A stretch of DNA of 64,000 nucleotides from the NCBI GenBank assembly GCA_034521815.1, contig JAXHLW010000013.1, positions 704,001-768,000 of the forward strand, read 5' to 3'. A model generated the notes under the pieces. The model saw only the letters and a list, made by a program, of their open reading frames with translations. It was not told the origin of the DNA and did no database searches. Positions 19,317 through 27,978 of the stretch are shown piece by piece. Positions within the stretch are counted from its first letter, which is position 1; each line of letters begins with the position of its first letter. A program made the position numbers and the translations under genes. Source of the DNA: Trueperaceae bacterium. GTDB taxonomy: Bacteria; Deinococcota; Deinococci; Deinococcales; Trueperaceae.

Positions 19317-19667
19317 ATGAGCGAGAGCGACACGCTGACCGTCTACACCACGTCCATGTGCGGCGATTGCGTCGCCGTGAAACGAGCACTGGACGCGCGC
19401 CGTATTCCGTTCACGGAGGTCCGGCTCGAGGAGGACGCCTCCGCGGTCGCGTTCGTGATGTCCGTGAACGACGGACGGCGAAGCGTGCCGACCTTGGCGC
19501 ACCGTGGCCGAGCCGCGAGCCTGTCGCGCTTCTCGCCACGTCGCCTCGACGCGTTCCTCGCCGAGGCGGGTCTTGTCGATGCAGGTCTCGGCGATGCAGG
19601 TCCCTTCGAGGCGGGTCTCGGCGAGCACCGTCAGGCCGTACCCGAAGGCAGCTCGGACGGGGGCTGA
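19317..19667 (+). CDS. Glutaredoxin-like (Mrx1/AbxC-type) redoxin
   Basis: LTVYTTSMCGDC, VMSVNDGRRSVPTL; SD GGAGAGG. The C-terminal tail is built from 15-bp repeats. Confidence 0.8.
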   Translation: MSESDTLTVYTTSMCGDCVAVKRALDARRIPFTEVRLEEDASAVAFVMSVNDGRRSVPTLAHRGRAASLSRFSPRRLDAFLAEAGLVDAGLGDAGPFEAGLGEHRQAVPEGSSDGG

Positions 19668-19731
19668 GCAGCCCGGCGAACCGTGTCGGCGGCGCGTTCG
19701 CGCCGACGGGGCACGTGGTAGGCTCCCCGCC

Positions 19732-20475
19732 ATGTCCGACCTCCCGCCCGCCACGCAGCACCCCGAGAAAGGTCGTTCGGTGCGGGCGATGTTCGACGCG
19801 ATCGCCCCTCGCTACGACCTCCTGAACGGGGTCCTCAGCCTGGGCGTCGACCGCGGCTGGCGGCGGGCGGCGGTTCGCGCGGCGTTGGCCAAGCGTCCAC
19901 GGCGGATCCTCGACGTGGCGACGGGAACGGCCGATCTGGCGCTGGCGATGGCCGCGTCCGACGCCAGCGCGGAGGTGATCGGCGTCGATTTCGCCGAGGA
20001 GATGCTGGCCGTGGGGCGCGCCAAGGCGAATCGGCGCCGGCTAGCCGTCCGGCTGGACACGGGCGACGGGATGGCGCTGCCGTACCCGGATGCCGCTTTC
20101 GACGCGCTCACGATCGCGTTCGGCCTCCGCAACTTCGCGGACATCGACGCCGGCCTCGCGGAGTTCCGGCGCGTGATCAGGCCCGGGGGGCGCCTGGTGG
20201 TGCTCGAGTTTCCGCCCCCGCCGCGCGGACCGCTGGGGAGCGCGTTCAAGCTGTACTTCACCCGCATGCTCCCCTGGATCGGACGGATGGTATCCGGTCA
20301 TGACGGCGCGTACCGCTACCTCCCCGCGAGCGTGATGGCGTTCCCCGAGCCCCAGCGGCTGGCGGAGCGCATTCTCGCAGCCGGCTTCGACGACGTCGTC
20401 TGGACGCCCCTCACCGCCGGCGTGGCGGCGCTCCACGTCGCCGACGTAGGTCCTCCATCGGAGGCGACCCCATGA
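19732..20475 (+). CDS. menG: Demethylmenaquinone methyltransferase (MenG/UbiE)
   Basis: Motifs MFDAIAPRYDLLN..LSLG, LDVATGTADLA, AFGLRN, YRYLPASV. ATG is 7 nt after TAGGCT. Confidence 0.9.
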   Translation: MSDLPPATQHPEKGRSVRAMFDAIAPRYDLLNGVLSLGVDRGWRRAAVRAALAKRPRRILDVATGTADLALAMAASDASAEVIGVDFAEEMLAVGRAKANRRRLAVRLDTGDGMALPYPDAAFDALTIAFGLRNFADIDAGLAEFRRVIRPGGRLVVLEFPPPPRGPLGSAFKLYFTRMLPWIGRMVSGHDGAYRYLPASVMAFPEPQRLAERILAAGFDDVVWTPLTAGVAALHVADVGPPSEATP

Positions 20476-21062
20476 GATCCGAGCTCAACGACTTCGAGAT
20501 CAACACCGATGCGGCCCTGGTCGATCCAGACTGGGAAGCGTTCGTCGAGCGCCACGACGAACGGTACGGACTGGCGATCCATCACCTCAAGAGCCTCGTC
20601 AAGGGGCGCCGGTTCGACAACGAGGCGATGAAGCTCCGGGTCGGGCCGCGTGGGTTCTACCTCCAGTCGCGTCGCTTTCCCGCCGCGTTCTTCGGAGGTA
20701 CCGACCTGCCCGACCTGACGTTCGTCTCCGAGGACGAGGCGCACGCCCTCGTCTGGGAGGCGGTCGCCGCGTATCGGGGCGGCGACGCCCAGTCGCTGAC
20801 CTGCGTGTACGACGACGACGACCCGCCCGACGTGTTCTTCGGCTACCGCACCGGCGCCGACGAGCGCTACGAGCTGGGCGAGCTTCAGGGCGGACTGCCG
20901 CTGCACGCGCGGGTGATGGTCGACGCGGTCGAGCCGATCGATCTCGTCGGCTCCCGGCAGGGCACCCTCGTGTATCAGCGGATGGCCGACGGGCGGCACG
21001 TGGTCCTGCGCCGCACCGGGCGCCGCCATCCGTTCCAGCCGGTCGACCCGATCCACGATTGA
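20472..21062 (+). CDS. Hypothetical protein
   Basis: 196-aa ORF with protein-like composition and an ATGA overlap with menG; no motif recognised. Confidence 0.75.
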   Translation: MRSELNDFEINTDAALVDPDWEAFVERHDERYGLAIHHLKSLVKGRRFDNEAMKLRVGPRGFYLQSRRFPAAFFGGTDLPDLTFVSEDEAHALVWEAVAAYRGGDAQSLTCVYDDDDPPDVFFGYRTGADERYELGELQGGLPLHARVMVDAVEPIDLVGSRQGTLVYQRMADGRHVVLRRTGRRHPFQPVDPIHD

Positions 21063-21069
21063 CGCCCCC

Positions 21070-21837
21070 ATGACGCGGCCGGGCGGCCTGGGCGAAGGCG
21101 GACGGGGCGGTGGCGCCTACGACGTCGTGGTCATCGGCGCCGGCGCCTGCGGCTGCGAGGCCGCTGCGCGTCTCGGACGCCTGGGGTACGACGTTCTTCT
21201 GGTCACGACCAGCCTCGACACCGTGTTCGCGGCGCCGGTCGAGCGTGTCGTCGCGGCGGCGCCCGACGACACGCTGATGGCCGAGGTCCTTCCCGAGCTT
21301 CGCGTCGCCAGCGACGGAACGATCGGAGCGTGGGAGCTCCACGCCGCAGCGAAGTACCTGCTCGAGGCGGAGCCGAACGTGCACCTGCTCCAGTCCAACG
21401 TCGACGCGCTGAACGTCCACGACGGCACCGTTCGAGGGATCGAGACCTGGGAGGGCGTGCCCCGCGCCGCCCGGGCGGTCGCGCTCTGCGTCGGATCGTT
21501 CCTACGCGCCCGTCTTCGCGTCGGGGACGCGGAGGAGAGCGCGGGCCGGCCCGGCGAGATGGCGTACGACGCGCTGGCCGACCAGCTCGCGGAGCTGAGG
21601 CTGCCGCTCACGACCGTCCACGCCAGCGGAAGCGACGCCGGCCATCCCTCGTGGTCGGTTCGCTTCGAGCGGCTCGCCGACGGCGCCCTAGGGGGAACGC
21701 GGGTGCACCTGGTCGCCGGCCTGTACGCCGCCGGCATCTGCACGGCGGGTCCGATGAGCTACGAAGCCGCGGCGCAGGACGGGGCCCGCTTGGCACGCGA
21801 CGTGGCCGCCGATCTGGGCCCCGTCCACGCGGCCTGA
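21070..21837 (+). CDS. Short GidA/MnmG-related FAD-binding protein
   Basis: YDVVVIGAGACGCEAA, VALCVGSFLRARL..G...AGRPGE, GLYAAG; about 255 aa, lacking the MnmG insertion and C-terminal domains. Confidence 0.75.
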   Translation: MTRPGGLGEGGRGGGAYDVVVIGAGACGCEAAARLGRLGYDVLLVTTSLDTVFAAPVERVVAAAPDDTLMAEVLPELRVASDGTIGAWELHAAAKYLLEAEPNVHLLQSNVDALNVHDGTVRGIETWEGVPRAARAVALCVGSFLRARLRVGDAEESAGRPGEMAYDALADQLAELRLPLTTVHASGSDAGHPSWSVRFERLADGALGGTRVHLVAGLYAAGICTAGPMSYEAAAQDGARLARDVAADLGPVHAA

Positions 21838-21889
21838 GGGCAGCCGTGTCGGCGCCGGTGACGGCGCATCGGCCGGTGCGTCGCGAGCG

Positions 21890-22102
21890 TCAGCGAGAGC
21901 CGGTATCGTCGCGCGAGCGCAGGTACGAATCCAGCTTGGACAGGCCGGACTCGGCCGTCCACACGATGTCCGCGTCGCGCGCGTGCCGATCGCTGGCCGA
22001 CAACAGCCGAACGCCGTACGGCCCGGGACGCCGGCCGGCGATCACGTAGCGTCGCCCTTGGTAGAGCACCTCTTCACCGACCATGAACGTTGGAGCTGTC
22101 AT
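21890..22102 (-). CDS. Small hypothetical protein (70 aa)
   Basis: MTAPTFMVGEEVLYQGRRYVIAG...; ATG is exactly 6 nt after TATGCT. Confidence 0.6.
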   Translation of the reverse strand: MTAPTFMVGEEVLYQGRRYVIAGRRPGPYGVRLLSASDRHARDADIVWTAESGLSKLDSYLRSRDDTGSR

Positions 22103-22155
22103 GACGCGAGCATACCCGGCCGCGATCCCCGGCCGTCGCCGCTCCGCGGCCCGGC

Positions 22156-22719
22156 TCAGGCGAGGTTCGACAGCACCGTGACGGTGAACGCCAGCAGCGC
22201 CGAGGGAAGCCCGAACACGGCCACGATGTACAGGATGAACGCCGTCCGCGCACCGCCGGCTGCGTGCACCTCGACGCCGCGCCACACGACCCAGAGATGC
22301 CACGGAGGCAGGAGCAGAGCGGCGCCCGCCAGCGCGGGCCACGGCGCGAGCAGGCCCACCGGGAGGATCGACAGGGCCAGCAGGCCGATCGGGGTCCAGG
22401 CCCAGGCGACGATCTCGAACGCGCGCAGGTCGAGGGCGGCCGGCCGCATGAGCATCAGCCCGCCCAGCACCGTCACGATCGCCAGGTACGGCAGCGTCAG
22501 CGCGGGAGCGCCCAGCAGGAACGGCAGCCAGGCGTCCGACCCGGTCGCCCGGGCCGCCACGACGCCGAGGATCCACGACCCCACCACGGTCGACACCGCG
22601 GCCGCAGCGATCGGCGCCCTGAGGCGCGTACGGTCCCCCTGCGCCGCGAAGAACGCCCGCGGGTGCGACGCCACCCGCCAAACGTCCCTCGCCGTGCTTA
22701 CGACGACGTCGCTCGTCAC
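22156..22719 (-). CDS. Yip1-like integral membrane protein
   Basis: N-terminal W.V..HPRAFF followed by about five hydrophobic helices; GTGA overlap with the mqnD stop. Confidence 0.65.
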   Translation of the reverse strand: MTSDVVVSTARDVWRVASHPRAFFAAQGDRTRLRAPIAAAAVSTVVGSWILGVVAARATGSDAWLPFLLGAPALTLPYLAIVTVLGGLMLMRPAALDLRAFEIVAWAWTPIGLLALSILPVGLLAPWPALAGAALLLPPWHLWVVWRGVEVHAAGGARTAFILYIVAVFGLPSALLAFTVTVLSNLA

Positions 22720-23549
22720 GCTCCGCCCCAGAACAGATCGGACCTCGGGACGGGAAACAGCCCGCGCCGAGCCGCGCGCTCGAACAGGGTGCCCACGGCC
22801 GCTCGCCCGACCGGTCCGGCGTCCAGGGTGAAGTCGTTGACGTAGGTGTCGATATGTCGTTCGCGCACCTCGGGCGACATCTCCTGAGCGTGCTCGGCGA
22901 CGTACGCCGCGCTCGCGCCAGGATCGCGGCGCGCCGCGACGACGCTGGCACGAACGGCGTCCGCCACGCGGTCGATCAGCCCAGGCGGCAGATCGCGTCG
23001 GACCGCGATGCCGCCCAGCGGAATCGGCGCGCCGGTCCAGGTCTCCCACCAGGCGCCCAGGTCGACGACCCTGTGCAACCCGTGATCTGCATAGGTGAAC
23101 CGCGACTCGTGAATGATCAGTCCGGCATCGACCTCGCCGGCTTCGACCGCCGGCATGATCCGGTCGTAGCGGAGCTCCACCCGACGCACGTTCGCGGGCG
23201 CGTACAGGTCGAGCAGGAGATTCGCCGTCGTGCGGCCCCCCGGCGTGGCCACCGTGGCGTTCGCGAGCTCCAGCTCGGGGTCCCGCGCCACGATCAGCGG
23301 GCCGACGCCGTGCCCCATGGCGCCGCCCGACGGCAGCATCCACCAGTCGTCCGCGATGCGGCCGAACGCGTGGTAGGAGACCTTGGCGACGTCCAGCTCG
23401 CCGTCCTGGGCCAGGCCGTTGAGCATCTCGACGTCCTCCAGGCGGACGTCCCACGACAGGTCGGGCGCGACCACGCCGTGCACCAGCGCGTGGAACACGA
23501 AGGCGTCGTTCGGACAGGGCGAGAAGCCGAGGCGGAGCGGGGCGTTCAT
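22716..23549 (-). CDS. mqnD: 1,4-dihydroxy-6-naphthoate synthase (futalosine pathway)
   Basis: Motifs LGFSPCPNDAFVF, GLIIHESRFTY, DLGAWWE..TG.PIPLGG, HIDTYVNDFT. Confidence 0.92.
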   Translation of the reverse strand: MNAPLRLGFSPCPNDAFVFHALVHGVVAPDLSWDVRLEDVEMLNGLAQDGELDVAKVSYHAFGRIADDWWMLPSGGAMGHGVGPLIVARDPELELANATVATPGGRTTANLLLDLYAPANVRRVELRYDRIMPAVEAGEVDAGLIIHESRFTYADHGLHRVVDLGAWWETWTGAPIPLGGIAVRRDLPPGLIDRVADAVRASVVAARRDPGASAAYVAEHAQEMSPEVRERHIDTYVNDFTLDAGPVGRAAVGTLFERAARRGLFPVPRSDLFWGGA

Positions 23550-23716
23550 GGCGAAAGCGTACCAATCGCCTCGCCCGTGCAGGCGTCGCGGGGCGGCTCG
23601 TCGGCGGGCGATGGAGTCAGGGTTTGCAGCGCGTTGATCGGACCCGATCCGTCTGCTAGGATACAGCGCCGTGCCCGGGACGATTCGACCCCGGCCGCGC
23701 GTTGGAGGTGGAGTTC

Positions 23717-24244
23717 ATAGCGAAGGACATGAAGGTGAACGATCAGATTCGGGTGCGACAGGTGCGTCTGATCGAAGCGGACGGGAATCAGATCGGCATC
23801 GTCGACACGCGCGACGCGATGCGTCGTGCGCGTGAAGCGGATCTGGATCTCGTGCTGGTGGGCGAGCGGGCCCAACCTCCCGTCGCGCGGCTCATGGACT
23901 ACGGCAAGTACCGCTACGAGCTGCAGCAAGAGGAGAAGGAGTCGCGCAAGCGCTCCCGCCAGCAGGAACTGAAAGCGATCAAGTTCCGCGTCAAGATCGG
24001 CGATCACGACTACCGAACGAAGGTGAACCACGTCCGGCGCTTCCTCAAGGGCGGCCACAAGGTCAAGGTCACCATCATGTTCCGGGGTCGCGAACGTACG
24101 CATCCCGAGCTCGGCCAGGAGCTCCTGAACCGCGTCGCGCAGGACGTGTCCGACCTCGCGGTGGTCGATCAGCCGCCGATGATCGCGGGCATGGACATGA
24201 ACATGACGGTGCGACCGCTCGCGGAGCAGCCGAAGGAAGCCTGA
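23717..24244 (+). CDS. infC: Translation initiation factor IF-3, with a non-AUG (ATA) start
   Basis: Motifs VNDQIRVRQVRLI, MDYGKYRYE, KVKVTIMFRGRE. SD GGAGGTG (23704-23710) lies 6 nt before the in-frame ATA at 23717. Confidence 0.93.
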   Translation: MAKDMKVNDQIRVRQVRLIEADGNQIGIVDTRDAMRRAREADLDLVLVGERAQPPVARLMDYGKYRYELQQEEKESRKRSRQQELKAIKFRVKIGDHDYRTKVNHVRRFLKGGHKVKVTIMFRGRERTHPELGQELLNRVAQDVSDLAVVDQPPMIAGMDMNMTVRPLAEQPKEA

Positions 24245-24318
24245 GCCCGACCGTCCCTTCGTCCGCGCCGTGGCTCGACGATTCAGCGCGATCCACTGCC
24301 ACCAGAAAGGGTGCAGAC

Positions 24319-24516
24319 ATGCCGAAACTCAAGACCCACAAGGGCACCAAAGCCCGTGTCAAGATCACAGGGCGAGGTAAGGTCATGGCCATGCGCTCCG
24401 GAAAGCGACACCTGAACTACAAGAAGTCTGGGAAGCGCATCCGGCAGGGCCGTACCGACCTCATCATCGCGAAGCCGGACGCAGAGCGCATCAAAGCGCT
24501 GCTGCCGTACGAGTGA
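24319..24516 (+). CDS. rpmI: 50S ribosomal protein L35
   Basis: MPKLKTHKGTKARVKITGRGKV; lies between infC and rplT. Confidence 0.96.
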   Translation: MPKLKTHKGTKARVKITGRGKVMAMRSGKRHLNYKKSGKRIRQGRTDLIIAKPDAERIKALLPYE

Positions 24517-24527
24517 GGGGGTAGCGC

Positions 24528-24887
24528 ATGCCACGGGCCAAGACCGGCACCGTCCGCCGTGCGAAGCACAAGAAGGTTCTCAAGGCCGCCAAAGGCTACT
24601 GGGGGCTTCGCTCCAAGAGTTTCAAGGTCGCGCAGCAGACGCTGCTCAACGCTGCCGACTACGAGTACCGCGATCGTCGCGACAAGAAGACGGTGTTCCG
24701 CCGGCTCTGGATCGCGCGCATCAACGCTGCCGCGCGTCAGCACGGGCTGAGCTACAGCCGCTTCACGCACGGCCTCAGGCTCGCCGGGGTCGAGCTGGAC
24801 CGCAAGGTTCTCGCCGATCTCGCGGTCAGGGAGCCTGACGCCTTCGCGAACCTCGTCGAGGTGGCCAAGGACCAGGCGACCGCCTGA
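24528..24887 (+). CDS. rplT: 50S ribosomal protein L20
   Basis: MPRAKTG...AKGYWG...[14 protein letters not shown]...[10 protein letters not shown]. Confidence 0.97.
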   Translation: MPRAKTGTVRRAKHKKVLKAAKGYWGLRSKSFKVAQQTLLNAADYEYRDRRDKKTVFRRLWIARINAAARQHGLSYSRFTHGLRLAGVELDRKVLADLAVREPDAFANLVEVAKDQATA

Positions 24888-24986
24888 GCATCCGCCACGG
24901 TCCGACATGACCTGTCCGACCTGAGCTAGTCCGACCGAACGAATCGAGGGCGTCCATCCGGGCGCCCTCGACGCATGGTGCGACGT

Positions 24987-25970
24987 TCAGTAGCCGTCCT
25001 CCACGTCCACGCGGTTCCGTTCCGGATCGCGACCGCTCACGATCGCATCGATCGTCCTCAGCACGTCGCGGACGCTGGCCGCCTTCCAGCCCGCCACGGC
25101 GTTCGCGCGGTGCGGGCTGAGGACGACGTCGGGATGCAGGTGGAACGGGCGCCGCGAGGGCAGCGTGGTCGGCCGCTCCTCCGGCCCGTCCGGGTAGCGC
25201 CACCACACGTCCAAGCCCAGGCCGGCGATCCGTCCCGACGCCAAGGCGTCCCACGCCGCGTCCTCGTCGATCACCGAGCCCCGCCCGACGTTCACGAGCA
25301 GCGCGCCGGGACGAACGGCCGCGAACGCCGCCTCGTCCAGCAAGCCGTCGGTCGACGGGGTGGAGGGAAGGGACGCCAGCACCACGTCGGCCCGCCCCAG
25401 CACCGCATGCAGGTCGGAGAGGCCCCACTGCGCGACCTCTTCGTCGTCGCTGTCCGGGTGTCGGCGTACCGCCTCGACCTCCATCCCGAGGCCGCGCAGC
25501 ATCGGCACGGTCGCCCGCCCGATCGCCCCGAAACCCAGCAGCACGGCGACGCGCCCAGCCAGGTGCACGCTCTCGGGGCCGTCCGGGGCCGACCAGTCGC
25601 CCTGACGCAACGCCCGGTCGTAGCGCCCGAGCCGTCCAGCCAGCGACAGCAGCAGGGCGACGGCGTGCTGCGCGACGAACGGCGCGTTGAAGTGCGAGTT
25701 GTGCAGCGCCAGGCCGGGCCGCGCAGCCATGCGCTCGCGCAGCCCGCTGCGCACCCCGGCGTAGGGAACGATCACGTGGCGCAACGAAGGCGCGTCCAGG
25801 AGCTCGGCCGGCGGGTCGCCGTCCACGAGGATCGCCGCGCCGGCCGTGGTGACGGCGTCCGGATCGACGTCGATCGTGACGCCGTCCGGCCACCGTTCGC
25901 CGGCGACCTCGTCCGCGCCCAGACGGCTTTTCCACACGACGTTCACGACCCCGGAGTCCCCATCGCTCAT
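24987..25970 (-). CDS. D-isomer-specific 2-hydroxyacid dehydrogenase family protein
   Basis: Motifs LGFGAIG, LVNVGRGSVIDE, GLDVW, VLSPH. Confidence 0.88.
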   Translation of the reverse strand: MSDGDSGVVNVVWKSRLGADEVAGERWPDGVTIDVDPDAVTTAGAAILVDGDPPAELLDAPSLRHVIVPYAGVRSGLRERMAARPGLALHNSHFNAPFVAQHAVALLLSLAGRLGRYDRALRQGDWSAPDGPESVHLAGRVAVLLGFGAIGRATVPMLRGLGMEVEAVRRHPDSDDEEVAQWGLSDLHAVLGRADVVLASLPSTPSTDGLLDEAAFAAVRPGALLVNVGRGSVIDEDAAWDALASGRIAGLGLDVWWRYPDGPEERPTTLPSRRPFHLHPDVVLSPHRANAVAGWKAASVRDVLRTIDAIVSGRDPERNRVDVEDGY

Positions 25971-26011
25971 GGGGCAATCGTACCCGGGGCACCGCGGATA
26001 GAATGACCCTC

Positions 26012-27289
26012 ATGCGAATCGTACGCGGCCTCGAAGCCGCCCTAGACGCCGTCCGGCACCGAGCACAGGACCTCCTGGACGAACCGACCGAACGATCGGT
26101 GCGCGAGATCGTCGACGCCGTGCGGCGTAGCGGGGACGACGCCCTCAGAACCGCGACCGAGCGGCTCGACGGCGTTCGCCTCGACACGCTCCGAGTTCCC
26201 CGGACGGAGATCGACGCGGCGGCGGAGAAGATCGACCCGGAGCTCCGCGACGCGATCGACCTCGCCATCGAGCGGATCGAGTGGTACTACCGGAGGCAGC
26301 CGTCCGGCGGCTTTCTCGACACCGCCGACGGTGCCGTGCTCGGTCAGCTCGTTCGCCCGATCGAGCGCGTCGGCGTGTACGCCCCGGGCGGAACCGCCCC
26401 GCTGTTCAGCAGCCTGCTGATGAGCGCCGTCCCGGCCCGGGTCGCCGGCGTCGAACGGATCGTGGTCGTCACGCCGCCCCGGAAGGACGGCTCGGTGGCG
26501 GTCGAGGTGCTGTACGCCGCTGCGCGGGTCGGCGCCGAGCACGTCGTCCGGGTCGGCGGGGCGCAAGCCATCGCCGCCCTGGCGTACGGAACCGAGAGCG
26601 TTCCCAGGGTCGACAAGATCGTGGGGCCCGGCAACCGCTACGTCATCGCGGCGAAGCGACTCGTGTTCGGAACCGTCGGGATCGAGGCGCTTCCCGGTCC
26701 GACGGAGACGCTGGTGATCGCCGACGAGCATGCCGACCCGGAGCACGTCGCAGCGGACCTGCTGGCCCAGGCCGAGCACCTCGGCGCCCAGCCGGTTCTG
26801 GTCGCCTGGTCCGACGACGTCGTCCGGCGGACGCTGGATGCGGTCGAGGCCGCGCTCCAGACGCTCCCCACCGCCGTCGCGGCACGCGAGTCGACCGAGG
26901 AACGCGGCCTGGTGCTGCGCGTCGCCGACGAGGCGGAAGCGATGAGCGTGGCGAACGCCTACGCGCCCGAGCACCTCTGCCTGCTCGTCGAGGATCCGTG
27001 GCGGCTGCTGCCCGGCGTGCGCAACGCCGGCGGGGTGTTCCTGGGCGCGCACAGCATGGAAGCGCTCGGCGACTACGTCGCGGGCCCCAGCCACGTGATG
27101 CCGACCTCGGCGACCGCTCGCTTCGCGAGCTTCGTGAACCTGCGCGACTTCCAGAAGGTCATCCCGGTTCTGTCGCTCTCACCCAGCGTGGTGCAGGAGA
27201 TCGGGCCTGCCGCCGTCGCGATGGCCCGGTCCGAAGGCCTCGAGGCGCACGCCCGCGCCGTTCTTTCGCGCCTGAAGCCGGACGACTGA
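26012..27289 (+). CDS. hisD: Histidinol dehydrogenase
   Basis: Motifs VGVYAPGG, GGAQAIAALAYGTE, KIVGPGN, DLLAQAEH, APEHL, GDYVAGPSHVMPT, EGLEAHA. ATG 26012 is 7 nt after TAGAAT. Confidence 0.95.
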   Translation: MRIVRGLEAALDAVRHRAQDLLDEPTERSVREIVDAVRRSGDDALRTATERLDGVRLDTLRVPRTEIDAAAEKIDPELRDAIDLAIERIEWYYRRQPSGGFLDTADGAVLGQLVRPIERVGVYAPGGTAPLFSSLLMSAVPARVAGVERIVVVTPPRKDGSVAVEVLYAAARVGAEHVVRVGGAQAIAALAYGTESVPRVDKIVGPGNRYVIAAKRLVFGTVGIEALPGPTETLVIADEHADPEHVAADLLAQAEHLGAQPVLVAWSDDVVRRTLDAVEAALQTLPTAVAARESTEERGLVLRVADEAEAMSVANAYAPEHLCLLVEDPWRLLPGVRNAGGVFLGAHSMEALGDYVAGPSHVMPTSATARFASFVNLRDFQKVIPVLSLSPSVVQEIGPAAVAMARSEGLEAHARAVLSRLKPDD

Positions 27290-27293
27290 GCGG

Positions 27294-27914
27294 GTGCGCA
27301 GCGGACGCGACCGTGGGCCCGGACACGCCGACAGCGGCGACGCGTCGTCCGGGCCGCGGGTCGTCCGACTCCTGGTCTGGGCGCCGCTCCTGCTGCTGGC
27401 GCTCCTGGCCGCCGACGTCGTCGGCATCGTGGCCGGTCCGCCCACGCGACCCGACTGTACGGCGGATGCGGCGTTGGTGATGGGCGCCGCGCAGTACGAC
27501 GGTCGTCCGTCCCCGGTGTTCGAGCGACGGCTGCACGCCGCGCTGGAGCTGTACGAGGTGGGCTGCGTCGAGCGGATCGTCGTGTCGGGCGGCAGCCGGC
27601 CGGGTGACCGTACGACGGAAGGGGACACCGGCGTGCGCTGGCTGGCCGACCGGGGCGTCCCCGAGACCCGCCTGCTGGCCGAGACCCGGTCGACGACCAG
27701 CGCAGAGAACGTGTGGCTGTCCGCATCGCTGTTGGGTGACGGCCCGCTGCTGATCGTGACGGACGACCTGCACGCCTGGCGCGCCGTCTGGCTGGCCCGC
27801 CGCTTCGGGCTGGACGCGTCCGCGCACGGCGTGCCCACCGGTATCGTTCGCCCCAGCTACGTCCTGCGCGAGCTGACCGCCATGGCCTCCTACCGCGTCG
27901 GCTGGGTTCGCTGA
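27294..27914 (+). CDS. YdcF/DUF218 family protein
   Basis: Motifs VMGAAQYDGRPSPVF..RL, VSGG, ETRSTTSAEN, VTDDLH..RA, YVLRE. Confidence 0.85.
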   Translation: MRSGRDRGPGHADSGDASSGPRVVRLLVWAPLLLLALLAADVVGIVAGPPTRPDCTADAALVMGAAQYDGRPSPVFERRLHAALELYEVGCVERIVVSGGSRPGDRTTEGDTGVRWLADRGVPETRLLAETRSTTSAENVWLSASLLGDGPLLIVTDDLHAWRAVWLARRFGLDASAHGVPTGIVRPSYVLRELTAMASYRVGWVR

Positions 27915-27948
27915 GGGCGGGTTCGCTGAGGGCGGGTTCGCCGAGGGC
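27904..27948. repeat. 15-bp tandem repeat GGGTTCGCYGAGGGC x3 spanning the YdcF stop codon
   Basis: Read directly from the sequence. Confidence 0.85.
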
Positions 27949-27978
27949 GGCACCCGCGACCGCGCCGCCGATCGACGA

